Source: Mobula hypostoma (lineage: Eukaryota). From it: DNA of 64,000 bases. Location of the stretch: positions 144,462,001 to 144,526,000 of the forward strand of contig NC_086097.1 in assembly GCF_963921235.1 (NCBI RefSeq). The letters are read 5' to 3'. Below, in pieces: positions 1 through 13,392 of this stretch (within the stretch, counting starts at the first letter, position 1; every line of letters begins with the position of its first letter). Below the pieces are notes generated by a model. That model did no database searches and was not told where the DNA came from. It worked only from the letters and a program-made list of their open reading frames with translations. Both the position numbers and the translations under genes were made by a program.

Positions 1-3000
1 GAAGGAACTACTTGATATTCAGCATAAGAACCCAGAAGGAGATTTTTAAAATAGTTATTGGTGTAGAAGTGGTATAAAATTAGTAGCCAATAAATTTTGA
101 TTTTTCCTTTTAACTGGTGCTTCATCTATGATGTCAGCTTTACACAAAATAAAAATCTACCGCTGAAAGTTGTTCCCGCCATTGAGACTGAATCCTCGTA
201 TGACTCTTCTATCATTGCCTTCCCTCGCAAATATTCCCTGCGTTAATGGAAAACTGAACTTCTCTCCCTGCTTTCCATGAAACAAAACATTAAGTAATTC
301 TATCAGTACACTTATTTGAATTGAATGATGAAGTGGTTTTGAAGACAGAGTTTTAACTTTGGGATGAGCCAGCACTGGTTTCTTCCAGTCGTTATGTTCC
401 TTTGTTTGCTTTTACTGTTTGGCTTGGAACTGAACCCAGGACTTGGACCTGAAAGGAAAATGGAGTAAATTTTTGTTTCTGCTGTGTTGGTATAGGGTTT
501 TGTGTACACTGCGAATTCAAAAACAACAAAAAAAACAAATTCTAATATGCATTTCCAGTGTATAAATCCTCCCAGTAAAAGAACATGTAGTCCACCATTC
601 TATCATACAACGGCTACAAAGTTCCTTTTCTGGGTCCAGGATCTTGCTTCAGCCAATTTAATTCAGACCATATTATGATTTATTTTCCAACCAAAGATGC
701 CCTTAGGTCAAAACTGGTAGAATGAAAACAAATGAGCAATCTGACTGGGATTGGCCAATCTAGGACAAGAGGTTAGTGTGGGCTGGCAGGGCAGAGTTGA
801 AATATACAGGTCAATAAACTTACATCTGCCTGTTTAACTAATTTTGGAGTATACGTAACCAGTACTAGATTTGGAACCAGATATGAATTTCATGTTTCCT
901 CAGACTAGCAATTCCCAGTTTAATGAGCAAATTCTTCTCTGCCACATTAAAAATTTGCTTTAGCACTCTTGGTAGAAAGAAAGTACTCATGTTTACGTAG
1001 TATCTTCCAGGTCCTCAGAATGTCACTGTGCATTCCACAAGCAATGATGTTTGTTCTACTGCATGGGAAAATGGCAGGCAATATGTGAATGTCAAAGAGC
1101 AAAGAGTGAGTACTGGATTGTTTGGTGCTACTTAGGGGCAGGATATCGATTCCACGACCCAGAGCTTCGAACAGGTCTTGACGGGAAAGTCGGGGCTTCA
1201 GCTAGAGTGCAGGATCAGACTTTTCATGGATTTCAACTGACTGACTGTCAGGCAAATCAACCCTGAGTCCTAAAGGGGTCCTGGAAGATCCTGATAACCT
1301 GGACGTTTATGGAAGCTAGAGGTTTAGATGCAGGGCTAGCATGAAAAGAGTTGTAATAAGTAAACCTGGATGCAGATGCATGCCAAGAGGAAAACAGCCA
1401 GTGTATAAAATTCATCTTTCAATGCAAGAATGTTCATTTTTCTTCAATGAGGACCTACTAACTGGTTGCAGTCCTTTTAAAGGAGATTGTTAACAATCAG
1501 GCGTTTTCCTGTTTTTCATTAAAATAGTATTCTACACCCCTCCCCTTTCCATCAGTTACGTGCTTACATTCAGCAACTTGGAGTGGGGCATTTCATGGAC
1601 CTGGGTTCTGGCAATTTTGGAGATCAGCCCATGTCCCACCTTTCTATATGTCCGCCAAGCCAGTTGACTTCCTTCCTCTTCCAAGGCACTAGCTCATTCT
1701 AACACCATTAGCTCAATCAGTATGCTTCCTTCACATGGGAACCCAGACAGTGAGGGTCAACAGGCTATTTTCTAATGGAAGACATCAGAGCCAACCCAAC
1801 CCTTCCCATTACATGTCCACACCTACTAGCAGGGGATACTGGATATTAATCAGAGAAAGGAAGCATGCTGTTTTTTTTTCCCTCTACAGACTGGAAGACT
1901 GGAGCCATTTATAAAATTCTGTCTGCTGCTTCTCAGCCAATTTAGCACAAGCTGAAAATTGAACCTGTCATCCTCTTGGTTCATACCCTTCTCTCTTGCT
2001 TTGGTTACCTTCAAATGCAACTGTTCTGATGTTCTCATGGCAGGCATATCATCTCTTGTTGCTAATAAACTTGAAATGGTGCAGAACTCTGTAACCCAAA
2101 TCCACATTCTATGAATTCCTAACCCGTTATCAAATCCTGTTCATCCACCTATCTTGATGAGCCTAATTACCTCCTGGCCAATCAACGCTTCAATTCTAAA
2201 ACACTAAGAACCCATTCAAATCACATTGACATCCTTTCTACCATTTACTGTGCCACCTCTGATTCCTCTCAACAATCAGAGATGCTTCTATTCTCCCCTT
2301 TTGTACTTTTATTGGTGGCCATGCCTTCAGTATCTAAACCACAAACTCCTAAGTTCTTTCTCAAACCTCTCCAGCTTTGTAAAAGTCATCTCCTTGACTA
2401 AGCACTTCCTTCCTTGGCTTGTGTGTTGTCTCTTATCCTGGTGTGAATCCTTCAGAATTTTTTTCTGTGCTTTTAAAAGCACCTTATAAATGCCAACAGC
2501 TGTTCAATGTTCATTGTATCATTCAATAAAAGAAGAACTCAGACCATATCGTCCTTTTACTTCATCATTACATATATAATTAGTGCATTGGTGAATCCTA
2601 TGGTCAGAACAGTGAGTGATGATATTATTCATAAACACTTTGCTTGATTCTCCATTAGCTTCCTTTGTCCACTACGTAAATGAATTCATCAGACTCTCTA
2701 TTTTAAATAATCTCTTCAAGAATGATGGGTAGTGAATATACAAGGTTATCCCTATTATTAATTCTGGACACTTGAATATCTTCTCTTGAATCTAATTATT
2801 CTGTCTAATCTCACTGGGAGATTAAATTCACTTCATTCAACCCATTCCCTGGCTTCAGTCAATGCCTTTCCTGTTCGTGTTAGTGTGATAATCGGAAGGT
2901 TAGAAGTTGCAGTCAGAAGGTCAGAGGTTCCAGTCCTACTGCAATTCCTTGAAACTACAATCTTAGCTGAGACTTCAACTGGCGACGGTGGGAGTGCTGC

Positions 3001-4434
3001 ACTGCCAGAAGTGCTTCAGAGTTCAGATGTTAAAATGAAAAGGTTAGTACCCATAACACTGGAGGAAACTCAACAGATCAGGCAGCATCTATGGATAGGA
3101 ATAAACAGTTGGTTTGCCTGCTTGTTCAATTCTTTGAAACACAGCGACTTGTTTCAATGTTACCAGTTCTGTTGTATAAGGTCCTTATGTCAAAGTGTTC
3201 TGTAATGTTCTTAAGTTGGGAAAGCAAGCTCTTTTTCTTTCACTTTATTTATTTATCTCATTGGCATCCGTGGGATTTTACTGCTTTGCTAACTCTTTGC
3301 TTTACAAAGTGCACACTCTTCCGAGATGTTTTAGTGGCCTTGAAGCATTTTGCCACAACCCAAGCTTCTAAGAGTTGCCTTAGAAATGCATTTTTATTTA
3401 TTAAGAAAAAAGATGAAGTGGAAACCATTTGTTTTATTTAATGCTAGACTTAACCAACTGCAGTATAGAATTCACTCAGGGAGTTAATTTCATCATAGAA
3501 GGCAGGGAAAGAAAGCCCACACCAAGCGGTTTAAAAGAGAATTCCACATGTTGAATTTTTGTTTGAGACAATTAATTATTCAGACACTCACCATCTGTTA
3601 AGGGGAAAACATTCCAGACCTATGTTACTTGTAGTAAAGTCACGATCTAAACATGCCAACATGCAAATTGTCCATTGTATACACCCTTCATCCAGACCAA
3701 TGCAATCTTGCTCAAGACATTACTCCTCATTCACAGATTAATAAACTGTGGAGTCATCTGTTAGCTGCCTAGACCCTATACTCCACCCAATGCAAATAGC
3801 CCTTTATGTGCTCACTTTATTTCCTTTATTACACATTAAAAAAACCTTTAATTTATATAGGCCACCCAAAGTATAACTTCATAGCCAGAAAAGTCATTTT
3901 CTGTAATGTCTTTGCTCTCCTAATGTAGGGAAAGTAGGTGCCAGGATTCAGAGCAAACTGAGATAAAATATATCTGTTTATCTGTTTAGCAATGTTCGTT
4001 GAGAGGTCGACATAGATTTTGTGTATTGTACTAACATTATTGACTGTAGCAACCCACAAAATGCTGGAAACTCAGCAGGTCCAGCAGCTTCTATGGAGGG
4101 AGATAGACAGTTGCTTTTTGTGTGTGTGTGTCAAGACCTTCTTCAGGACTGGAAAGAAATGGGGGAGATAGCCAATATAAAAGGGTGTGGGGAGGGGGTG
4201 GAGCAAGCGCTGGTAGGTGACAGGTGAATTCAAGTAAAAGGGGGAAAGTAGGCAAGTGTATCTCTATTATTGACTCTGTGCTGCCTGGATTAATGGAACA
4301 GTTAGCTAATTGAGATGGAAGTTACATAACTACATTTTCTGGTTTTATTTCCGTCCCCATATCCGATTTGATCCTCATTATTTCATAGTTCCTCTAGCTC
4401 ATTTGGTATTGAGTCATATTAACCAAAATTCTTT

Positions 4435-4920
4435 AGAGCTTTTATAAGACATTGGTTAGCTACAACTGGAATATTATGTTCAGATCTGTGTGTCACACTT
4501 CAGGAAAAAGTAAAGGCTCCAGGTACAGAAGAAAATTACCAAACGGATTCTAGTGAAGAAGTACTTATGTGGATAGAATGGTGAATCTGTTATCCAAGAT
4601 ACAGATAATTATGAGGCATTGTTAGATAGAAATGTTTAAAATCATGAATGGTAAACAGAGCTCCCATTGGTCAGGAACTAAGTGACGAAGATAATTGGCA
4701 AAAGAGCCAAAAGAAAAAGATAGATTTTGATATGGAGTCATTGCCAGGGGTAATGATGAAGCAGATTCATTTGTGTTGTTGGATAAGTATCTGAAAGGAA
4801 GGAATTTGTAGGGCAACAGAGAAAGGGTGGGGGAAATGGGACCAGCTGGATTGGTCTTATCCAGAGCTAGTATGGACTGTATGGGACAAATGATCTTCGT
4901 CAATGGTACAACCATTCTAT
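4435..4920 (+). mobile_element. Degraded CR1 3' fragment
   Basis: Resembles the CR1 3' ends elsewhere in the window (ctggaatattatgttcag...gataagtatctgaaag...gggaaatgggac). Confidence 0.6.
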
Positions 4921-5583
4921 GAAGATCCCAGGTTGGATGTCAGCCTCTGGCAAGTTAGCTGATCAATGCTACTTGGAAAAATCTTTGGGCTGATGATCTT
5001 GATCTTGGAAGTTGAATGCAGGTGAAGACATGATTTAGCTTACCTATAATCACCTCCACATTGGAAGAATTTGTTATATATTGCTATCCATACTTACAGG
5101 AAAAATGATGAAAAAGCCTCCAGTGTGACTTGGGATCTTCAGGTGTTCACGATAAATGGGGGGGGGGGCGGGGGCGGGAAGTATTCATTTATTTAAATAA
5201 TCATTTTTGCTTTGCAATGTGCCCATTTAAACCTAGTGCAACCTCAGGAAATGGACTAGCTTTTCTAGTACTGAAGGTACTACTCACCATTCTTGAACCT
5301 CAGACTGTAATTGCTATTACCTTCATATAGCTGGCAGTCCTTACATGCTACTTATTCTGCTGTTGTTAGCAGAGAAGCAGTTTAGAATAGTGGCCTATCA
5401 CCGGCCCAGGCTGGGCTGAAGCCCAGTCCAGGAGGAAGGGAATGAAAGTCATTCTCTCCAACTCTGTTATGTAGCTGTTGGGATATCATTAATGTTTGAA
5501 CTCTATTATTACAAATGCTTAAATTCATAATATAAATTTTCCCTGAACTCATGGTCTTTATTGTCACGTAGTCATTTTTTCAA

Positions 5584-6120
5584 TATAACCATATAACAAT
5601 TACTGCATGGAAACAGGCCATCTCGGCCCTTCTAGTCCGTGTCGAACTCTTACCCTATCCTATTCCCACTGACCTGCACTCAGTCCATAACCCTCCATTC
5701 CTTTCCTGTCCATATATCTATCCAATTTAACTTTAAACAACAACATCAAACCTGCCTCAACCACTTCTGCTGGAAGCTCGTTCCACACAGCTACCACTCT
5801 CTGAGTAAAGAAGTTCCCCCTCATGTTACCCCTAAACTTTTGTCCTCTAATTCTCAACCCTTGCCCTCTTGTTTGAATCTTCCCCACTCTCAATGGAAAA
5901 AGTCTAACCACGTCAACTCTATCAATCCCCCTCATAATTTTAAACACCTCTATCAAGTCTCCCCTCAACCTTCTGTGCTGCAAAGAATAAAGACCTAACT
6001 TGTTCAACCTTTCTCTGTAACTTAGGAGATGAAACCCAGGCAGCATTTTAGTAAACCTCCTCTGTACTCTCTCAATTTTATTGACATCCTTCCTATAATT
6101 CGGTGACCAGAACTGTAAAC
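5584..6120 (-). mobile_element. CR1 LINE 3' end
   Basis: ORF 5660-6046 contains RRLRGDLIEVFKIM...FFTQRVVAVWNELP; short tandem tail (atataacc) at ~5583-5597. Confidence 0.9.
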
Positions 6121-7084
6121 AATAAAACTGTTACACAACTTTACACAATGTAAAGCTTTTCCATTAGAAGTCATTGATGGAAAATTCTTAGTCTTAGTAA
6201 CCTCACATTTGTATTCCTAATGAGGTAGAATTGCATGACAGGTACGTGATTTGATGCTGGGGTAAATAGAAGCAAATGAAATACACAGCTTAGTATTAGA
6301 AGAAAACATTAAGTCACAGCTTGCTTATGTTCACTTATTTTATTCTTGCTGTTGTGTTGGTAACAATTCTACAGAATATCTGTAAATAAATGCTTTATTG
6401 TTGGTTGCATATAGAAATGTGAATGTGTTGGAAAACAGGAGAGTTGATATTCTTGTTTTGGAGAAATGCCCAAAGATTGCTGCAGTGTAGAGGTTTTGTT
6501 ACCCGGCTCGTAAACCAATGATCAAGAATAAAAATTCAGAAAATAAAATTTGAATCTTACCATGAAAATTTAGGATTTTGAATTACAACAAAATTAATTT
6601 TGAAAGATCATAAATTGAGAAATGTGGACATAGAGCAGTACAGCAAGACACAGCCGCTTTGGCACGTCCAATCCACACCAAATGATTATTCTGCCTAGTC
6701 CCTTTGACCTGCACCTGGACCATGGACCTCCATACCTATAGCATGTTCATGAAGATGGTTCACTGATGTTCTTATAGGAAGGAAACACAAGAGGTTATTA
6801 TATAAAGGACACTTGGTGTCTCATAATAACAAGTAACTTTTTTCAAAGTGCAGTAAAAGTATGCTAGAATAGTGGAATTTAATATATGTTTAATTATTTA
6901 TTTTTAAGATTTTGATTTGTAATTTGTTTCTCCTACTGCTGAGAAATGATGAATACTATGTGGACCAAATCAATTCAATCACCTGTTAGATGTCTTCTGA
7001 TTTTCACCATTTGATAGCTAAAGGGCTTTACAATGGACTTAACAAGTCCACATAGAACCATTTCAAAAGGAGAAGACAATTGTT

Positions 7085-7210
7085 CCAGAGTTCTAACCAG
7101 TATTCACTCTTAAGTTATCATCACTAAGACAAATATTTGACCATTATCTCATTGCCATTTTGAAGGTCCTTTTGTGTGTTGGCTTACTTTCTGCAGTACA
7201 ATACTATACT
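7085..7210 (+). mobile_element. Ancient Deu-domain SINE remnant (SacSINE1/AmnSINE1-like)
   Basis: catcactaagacaaatatttgaccattatctcattgc resembles the Deu-domain consensus as I recall it. Confidence 0.5.
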
Positions 7211-10200
7211 ACAAATGTACAAGGCATGCATAGTACTATATACTGTAAATAGATTTGTATTCACAAATGATATATGTATATCCCTGAGAAGAAATGGCTA
7301 TTTAAATTGTACATTTTATCACCACACACCTAACCCCTCCACTCTATTGCCTCATATGATATTACAGCCAATGAAGTCATGCTGACATCAGAGTAATTAG
7401 GACATGAAGAAGCTTCCACTGAGTATAGCAAGGTACAGCTCACATCACATAGATTTCTTTTTTATGACGTTTGTCTGGGAAAAAATACACTGGCTAGAAC
7501 AACAGGGAAAGCTCACCTGCTTCTTTTAGAAAAATATCATATATACATCTGAGACCGGGAATTTGTTTTTTCCATCTAAGTGAAAGTATTTTGGAGAGCC
7601 TTTCTAAAGCAAGATACTGCAGACAGGGGGAACTTGAAATGACATGAAATGGCCAAGTAATTGGATTACTTAGCACCAGAGTAATCCAATTGACGGTAGT
7701 GAGCCTATGCATCAGCTGATCCCTCAGGGAAGTCAATAGAAGACAGCATAATTATCCGCTGACACTCAGATTCTGCCTTCTGAGTGAAGCTGAACTATCT
7801 GTCAGATTTCTGGCTATGAGATCTTCTTTCATTCATCTCTTTGGAGTCTGTTAGAATTCTGCACATAAGGACGAGATAGATGACCTGCTGTAACGGACGT
7901 GGTGTGTGCACCCACATACTGTCTGGCGGCTGCTGTCATTTGCTTGTTCATGGTATTCCTCTGATCAAGGATATTATCTGCTGATGTGCTGAGAAGCCAG
8001 TTACTCATATACAGCATCCCTTTGCTGCTGGAGAAACACCTGCTCACAAATAGCATCTTGCTGTTCAACGTGAGCAGGAATGTACTCACGGGTGGTGTCT
8101 CTCTTCACTGTGTTTAAATTAAATTGCTGCCTGGAGGCTCCTGAATGGCTTCAGTCTTCTTCTGTGGCAGAGGGAGATCTCCAACTGGATCAGGAAACGA
8201 TGAGATAGAAGCAGAAACTCTGTGTAGCCTCCATGCGTACTGCCAACTCCACAGTCAACCAGCTCACGACTATGAGAGGTTAAAGGTGAACTCCTCCACT
8301 CTCCAAGATTCTTTTCTGCCTTCACCCAGGCAGACTCACAAACCATCTTGTTGTCCATTTGTACTGGTCTGCATAAAAGCATCCCAAATGTGCTTTTCAA
8401 TCTAGTTCTCTGGTGCAGTACAGATACATTGACCCTTCCCCAGCATTTTCCCCATAGAAGCGCTCTACGTCTAGAGCCAAAATGCACCCTTTTTAGTGTC
8501 CAGTGTATTTCCCAGCAGTGTACGTCCCTTGCATCTAACATTCTATGTAAACTGGTGTTGGTTTTAATGGCTATCATTGTCATAACCTCCTTCATCCTTC
8601 TTTCTCTTTAATGACTCCTGCACCCCTCTCATACAGTCCAACAATCCACAATGTCTATGCCAATCATCATGCACTTATCTATATTAATCCCATTTACCAG
8701 CACTACGTCCATTGTCAATATGCCTTGATGATTCAAATGCTCATCCAGATGCTTCTTAAACATTGTGATTTTACCATCTTTTCCAGATCAGAGCCATCCT
8801 TTAAGTGGGGAAAAAAGTTATTTTTTTAAGTCCCTTACTCCTCGCATTAAGGCTCTGTCAACTGGTCTTGACATTAGTTTAGTATCTTCACATGTACCAA
8901 GTACAGTGAAAAGCCTGACCTGTATACTGTTCCTACGGATCAAATCATTACACAGTCCAAGGTAAAGCAATAACAATGCAGAATAACGTGTAAAAGCTGC
9001 AGAGAATGTACAGTGCAGTTAAACAATAAAGTGCAAGATGATAATGAGGTCAGGAGTCCATCTTACTGGATCAGAGAATCTGATATCAGCAGGATAGAAA
9101 CTGTCCTTAAGCCTGATGGCACTTGCTTTTGGACATTTAAATCTTGCACCTGATGGGAGACCAAAGGATGTCTGGGTTGGGTGGGATTTTTGATTACTCT
9201 GGCTGCTTTACGGAGGTTTTACAGAGGTTTTAGACACCTCTGAAATGGGGAAAAGTATCCTGCTGTCTACCTTACCTATGCCCCTTATAATTCTGGGAGG
9301 GGAATAGGGGCCCTCCCCTAATGCCATACAAGGACAAAAGCAGCAATAGAGGCCAAATCAAAGTGGATGCAGTGGTCACAATTGAATATTGTTAGCATAC
9401 TTTACAGATTTTGTATAACCTTGCCTCCCAAGGTAATTTGGTCCTCTGTGGCCCCTCCGCCCATATTGAGAATGATTGTGTTCTGCAGCGTACTCAGGCT
9501 CCGTACTTGCACAACCCTCCCTTCCTGTGTGGACTTCACTGACTTGATCTAAATGGAGAAAATGTAGGACATTGGATGTCCTTTTTAATATCCCACATTT
9601 AAAAGCCTGACCTCTGTATGAGAGATGGAAAGTGTATAAATAACATCATCAGTGACATGAAGATGGAATTGGTCAAAACTAGTCTCTTCATTGTTCTGCA
9701 GCTAAACTTGCCTTTTCTTGTCAGATCACAACATTTCTTGCAATGATAGCTTCTGAGAGGAAAAAAAACATAGGCTTTCTACTTCCAGGTCCCATTCCTA
9801 CTGGTGGACAACACTTCCTATTGGCACAAATGTCACTAACCATGGTGTCTAAGCTCTCTGCAGAAAAATCCTTCCCCTCTCTCGCTCTCTCTTCCCCTCT
9901 ATTCCCCTCACTTTGCAATCAGCTGGAAGAATGCTACTTGTTTATGTCCCATCTAAGGGCTGTCTATTTGTGTCAGAGCTGCTAGATTAAATGCTAGCAT
10001 CTGCAATAACTGTTGATCAATCAACTTACTGTTGATCAAAACACCAGTAAGGGCTGAAGCTAACACAACATAGCATTAAACAGCCTTGCCGTGCTATGTC
10101 ACAATTAAAGATCGTACTGTTTATATGACCTTTTGTAGTGGCTTTGGGGGAAAGTCAGCACTATTTTAATGGCATTACAATGTAGTAAAGCTATTTTTAT

Positions 10201-12923
10201 ACCAACATTTCAGGTTGATAATCACTCATTAGCACTGAAGAAAGGCCACGGACACGAAACATTAACTTTCTTTCTTTCTCTGCCAATGTTGTCTGCCTTG
10301 TTGAGTATTTCCAGCATTTTCTGTTTTATTGCACAAGTACAGTACGAAGGAGTCAGCCTGGATTATTTGTTTAAATCTCTGGAGTAGGGCTTGAACCCAT
10401 GACCGTCTGATTTAAAGGCAGGTGTCTGAACCAGTCAGAAGTGATGAAAATGTAGAGCAATTTCATTATTTTTTGAATCCCACCTCAAGTATTTCAATTT
10501 TCCATCATCTCAGAAAATGATCAGCCAGTCTCCAGGGTAATCTATCCTTGCAGAATGGCAGAGCTGTCTTCCTCCAGTCTCCAATGCTCACTGCTTAAAT
10601 GATCATTTTTCAAAGAAGCTGGGCAGGTGTACTGTATATAATCAGGAAGTGAACTTTAATGTTGGAACTGCCAGCTGGATTTTTCTGCTTCCTTTTCTCT
10701 TCTGTCCCTTGTTCAATTTCCTTTTTTTCCATCTCTCTTCTCTATCTGTTCTTTCACTTTAATTTTTATTTTATTCATTCCCTTGTTTTGCTTTTCTCTT
10801 CCTCATTCCAACTTAAGTTGTTTTATTTCTCACTTGTTCCACATGTAAGCCCACTTGTATCCACTTCACCTCACAAAAGCTTCAGCTTTCCCTCTTCTGT
10901 CAGTTCTTCATCTGTTTCTCTTCACTACCACATTTCTTCACCTGCTTCCCTCCATCTGTCCATCCGAGTGCATGCTTTTCATTTTTGCTTTCTTTATTCT
11001 TCTTCATCTCAGCCTTTTTTTTCCAGTCTGCTTCTCATCAATCTGAATTTATTTTGTCTGTCATTTCTGTTTTCTCTCCTCACACTCATTAAATCTTTAC
11101 GTGTACAAAGACTGGCAAAAACCAGTAGTGTGTAGCACAGATGCTCTGGCTTGAAGGCCCAGAAGTATTTTCCAGCTCACTGTGACACAGGGCTTGTCTG
11201 GAGAGACGATGAGGTAATTAAGGATAACCTCTTCAGTCTTTTTTCTTGTTGTGCATTGAGGTTGAAGTCTTCCCCTCAATGAGTTGTTCATAAAACAGAT
11301 TTATTTTCTCTTCCTGAGTACACTGTCCCAAGGAAATAAAAGACAACTGCTGAAAAATATTTATCTCAATACAAATGAAAGTCAGTCTTAATTTGGGATT
11401 GAAGTTTTTGGCAGTCTGCATTGCAATTGCTTCCTCAAGTTTAGGCTGTAAGTTCTCCTAAGTGGGATGCCCAGTAATAACTTACCCAGTAATCCATGAT
11501 TTTGTTCCTATTTAAATATATTTTGTTTTTAGACTATTGCCCCCAAGCTGTGTTAATTTGCTGCTGCTTCAGACATGATCCCAGAGAGCAGTCTGTTTAT
11601 TCATGGCTGTTTCACTATGAACCAAACACACATCCATATTTCTGTGCAGAGGCTTCTGGAGATGGATTAAGGACATACCTGTACCTATTTAACGGAGGGT
11701 CACTGGGGTTAATTGCAGTATGTACACCACTCAGTGGAGAATCCAAGCTCTGGACAGACTCTGAACCAATCTGGGACTGTTGGTCTATATGTCTCTGATA
11801 GTTGTTCCCAAAATCAGCCGAAATCTATATCCACACTTGGCTTCTTTGTTTACGATTACTTGCTGAGCCCATCAGGATCTGAACTGTAGGGCTGGATTAC
11901 ACTGAATCCTCAGCTACCCCATGTTTTAGTCTGATAGTCGTAGGAACTTCTCGTGGCCACATGGCTAACATTGTAGAGCTGGCCTTACTACTACAATCGT
12001 CAGATCAGAACAGTTCCAAGATGCAAATAGTGGAAACTTTCCTTACCAGTCCTTCAGGACTGGGTATCGTTTACTTCCACTCTGGTTTTGTGGCTACAGC
12101 ATTCAGCAGAGTGAATCCAGTTTTCTGATGCTACACATCTAGAAGACAAAACTCCCACTAATTTGGTTGCTCTGAATATGGAACCGCAATGTGGATGGAT
12201 GGTTTGTGAAATGGTGCACGTCTTCTCCCGTATGCTTTGAATGCACGGACTTAAGATTTTCAGTGTTGATCCAAATGTTCTCCTGCACCCAGAGTGGTCA
12301 AGGGCCAGGGTTTCATTCTTAGGAGTAACTGGAACTTCTTCAGTTTCTCAAGGGGGCTTTGAGTACATTATTGATTCTTTACCTCTTTGTCTGGCAATAT
12401 CTTCCTGCACTAGAGCTTGGAACACTGTGCTGGTCCTCTCCATCTTATAAATGCTTGACTATGTCCAACCTGTGGATATGAATGAGCATTTGGGAAACCT
12501 GCAGGATGGTTGGTCTGCTGCTTGTTGTGGGGCTGCAGTATCTTCTGCCATGTAGGAACTCAGTTCATGGCCACATTTTCGACATGTGAATGGTGTGGGT
12601 TACAAACAGTTCACAGGAATCGATCAACCATGATGAAATAGCAGAGCAGGGTTGATGGACCAGATGTCCTAATTCTGCTTCGCCATCTTATGGTTTTATG
12701 GTCTTATACTTCCTGTAACCTGTGGAGGACTTCTATCTTCAATGGATCTTCTATGGGATTTGCTGTGGCACACTTAGACAATATGGCCTGTCTGGTGGAG
12801 CACTCCCAAATTGGTTTTGTGTTGTGGATATATGCCTTCAGGGCAGTTGATTAATATTGCTCAGCTCACCTCACAGTGAATAATGGAATCACTCTTTTAT
12901 CTCAACAGGCTGGGTTGAACTAA

Positions 12924-13392
12924 AGCCTGATTTATACTTCTGCGTCAAATCTATGCCATACCTACGCCGTACCCTACACCATAGGGTGACGTGAACCTCC
13001 CCAAAAATAGGTAACTCACACGTTGCGGCGACACAGACCGCAACAACTGCGATTGGTCCGCTTGGTAGCATCACATTTCCTCCTACGCATTTCCGGTTGC
13101 TTTTCTCTGCCATGTCTGTACACAGATGTGAAATAAATGGTTGGAGACGATGAACCAAATCGTCAAATCTATCTGCCGACATCCAAAAATATTTGAAATG
13201 CATTTCCTTGTCCATGTCTCTCACGAAGAAACTCAACACAGTGGCATAGAAACCCCACGGCCAACTAGCGTTTTGGCGGTGAATTGCAGAGCGACGCAGA
13301 CACAACAATGCATGCTCGCTACGGCGTAGGGCTACACAGAGATATAAATCAGGCATACGGTGTAGCCCGTACATAGAAGTATAAATCAGGCT
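12924..13392 (-). mobile_element. PIF/Harbinger non-autonomous deletion derivative
   Basis: 18-bp perfect TIR AGCCTGATTTATACTTCT / AGAAGTATAAATCAGGCT, flanked by TAA and TTA. The internal remnant [27 protein letters not shown] resembles a Harbinger transposase N-terminus. Confidence 0.8.

Noticed and set aside
8119..8595. 158-aa minus-strand ORF
   Set aside because: No recognisable motif or splice context.
10659..11135. 158-aa F/S/L-rich ORF resembling a membrane protein
   Set aside because: Pyrimidine-rich low-complexity DNA with no family motif.
11960..12850. Possible old RTE/CR1 fragments
   Set aside because: Too degraded to assign or delimit by eye.
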